A stretch of DNA of 64,000 bases, the filler included, from Sphacelaria rigidula (lineage: Eukaryota), in the NCBI GenBank assembly GCA_964200075.2. It is 11 parts of 11 records of this genome, joined end to end, with 100 filler letters (N's around TTAATTAATTAA, not from the genome) between each part and the next. Parts side by side here need not be neighbours in the genome. Positions count along the whole stretch, not along the records: positions 58,293 to 64,000 come from CAXNAA020025081.1; 10 more parts are not named here. The stretch is one strand, 5' to 3'. Within the stretch, counting starts at the first letter, position 1. Each line of letters starts with the position of its first letter. Shown in pieces: positions 62,301 to 64,000 of this stretch. Made by a program: the position numbers and the translations under genes. Under the pieces are notes generated by a model, which worked only from the letters and a program-made list of their open reading frames with translations, did not search any database and was not told where the DNA came from.

Positions 62301-63290
62301 AAGAGCTTCGATGAATGAGGTAAGCCACCCAGTCTTCACCGGATCGTAACGGAGGGGCTTGGCCTTCACCGCATTTGCCTCTGGCTTGATTTGCATCCTC
62401 ATCGGCTCTACGCACGCTTGTGGATCACCACGCAGCGCACGACGAAATGTATCCACGCGACGAGAAAAAATGTAACACAGACACTGCGCGCCATCGGCGC
62501 TCAGGCCTTTCTGCTCGGCCTGCTGCACGCTATCCTCTAGCGCACGCTCTCTTGCACCTCTCACCTCCGCTAGGTCCATAAACACGTCGGGCCCCCGATC
62601 GACCGAGCGCTCCACGGCTTCATCCACAGGGGCCTTCTCCTCATTGGCTCTCTGGAATAGCCGTATTGATACGGCCACACGCCTTGCAGCAAGATAGCTG
62701 GGATTTTCCCACGTCGGTTTGTACCAGCATAACACGCGGGCGTAACTTATCCAACGCCAGCGGATACAAACCAATCCCGAGTTCCTTCATGGTCGCCATC
62801 CCAAAAATAGCCACGTTGTCCCTACCGGGCATGACAGCGAACGTGATGGGCTGCAACTCCACAGCCCCCCACGGCGTACGCACGCTGACAGCAATCGGAA
62901 CGGTTTCATGAGTAACCGTCACAGGAGCACCCGTCGCGGTCTGTGCCGTCTGCGGTTCATTTTCGAGCGGATTCTGCAGCTGAGCGCCGCTAAACTGCGA
63001 AGACATTTGTTCCAGCAACCCCACGCCAATCGACGTGAGGGCAGACCCAGAATAACGCGGGCAATGAACGAGCCTACGGAACCAAGCAAGGAGAGATCTG
63101 CGCGTAAACATTCAGCCTTGCGATCGACAGGTACAACGCCTGCCGAAGAACCCTGGTCGGTACTAAGGGTAACATGACGCTAGGGCTGCGCTCTAGCACT
63201 TGAAATCGATACCTGAGAATCGGCGGTCGACCCAGACCACGTCACCGAATATGCAGACGGCGCTGTTACAGCCGTCGCAGCAGTAGGAGA
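59370..63290 (-). mobile_element. Decayed Ty3/gypsy LTR retrotransposon: (gag)-protease-RT-RNase H-integrase, possible chromodomain
   Basis: Protease ~63100-62750 (RVILGSA, AIFGM). RT ~62400-61650 (WVSPAMAVPK..FRLVSDY, FAKLDL..YSQIPL, KCTFL). RNase H ~61500-61030 (IFSDAS, FLSGSF, DKEGFAI, FTDHRNL). Integrase ~60800-59800 (CLHC, HFDFL, VIMDD, W.GPF). Many frameshifts. Confidence 0.93.
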
Positions 63291-63780
63291 TGCACCAGAC
63301 ACGGATCCTGACTGGTCGAGGGGTTGCGTACTATTCGATCCAGCACTCCCCACCGAAGTATTTGAATATGTCGGTGATTACCTCACTTCCACTTCGGCCA
63401 TGTGCTGTGGATTACTTGACGAATTCACCGCCTGATATGTATGGAAATGTATTACACCCTAGACAAGAGCTTTCTACAGTCAGTACTCGTATACAATTTT
63501 AAAAGCATGTACTGTGCACAGTATGGAAGCTATTGCCTTCTGCGACGTGCACAGTATTCGTACAAAAGTGGGAACTGCGCGCAGTATGACTTCAAGACAG
63601 TGTAGAAATCTCCACGCGGTATGAGTTGTTACAGCCGGCTTGCGCCCCATAGCGGCTGTGCTACCATCCAGCTCCGCTCAAGATACAGGCAGGAATTATA
63701 GCGGCAGAGGCGACCTATTGCTCTTGCGTGCGCCACCTAGGGCGAATGCACACTTAGCTGCAACACCGACCGCTGTACAG

Positions 63781-64000
63781 CAATGACTCGAGTGCTCGCC
63801 CTATTCATTTTTTCCACAACGAGCAACGACTCGAGTGCTCGCCCTATTCATTCTTTTTACAACGAGAAATGACTGAAGTGCTCGCCCTATTCATTTTTTC
63901 CACAACGAGCAATGACTCGAGTGCTCGCCCTACTCGTTTTTTGCACAACGAGCACTGACTCGAGTGCTCGCCCTATTCATTTTTTCCACAACGAGCAATG
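63781..64000. repeat. 43-bp tandem repeat, at least 5 copies, running off the window
   Basis: Head-to-tail CAATGACTCGAGTGCTCGCCCTATTCATTTTTTCCACAACGAG units with no spacers. Confidence 0.95.

Noticed and set aside
63781..64000. CRISPR-like array
   Set aside because: Units are head-to-tail with no unique spacers, there are no cas genes, and the context is eukaryotic.

Overview
Eukaryotic, intron-rich, repeat-dense genomic DNA. The gene and repeat content (PMP-repeat protein, tRNA-derived SINEs, TTAGGG-like repeats) suggests a stramenopile, probably a brown alga; this is an inference. The window is not one locus. It is 11 contigs of near-identical, decreasing length (5730, 5730, 5730, 5729 x6, 5728, last one truncated) joined by an artificial N44-TTAATTAATTAA-N44 linker, so adjacency across gaps is meaningless. 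Recognisable genes: an intronless PIG-M; a divergent proteasome alpha-2 subunit (2 exons); USB1 (3 exons); a large disordered protein (4 phase-compatible exons); a GT11/GT23-like fucosyltransferase; a PMP/GGAI-repeat exon; a CIA2/FAM96B exon; and a weak FKBP-like fragment. The rest is mostly mobile DNA: two decayed Ty3/gypsy elements, LINE relics, two tRNA-derived SINE families, a very high-copy ~330-bp element flanked by C/G runs, and several MITE families (Sola2-like, piggyBac-like, mariner-like, full foldbacks). I see no CRISPR array, rRNA, intact tRNA or multi-gene novel system. The best novelty candidates are the C-run-associated element, the small transposon families, the long foldbacks and the divergent proteasome paralog.
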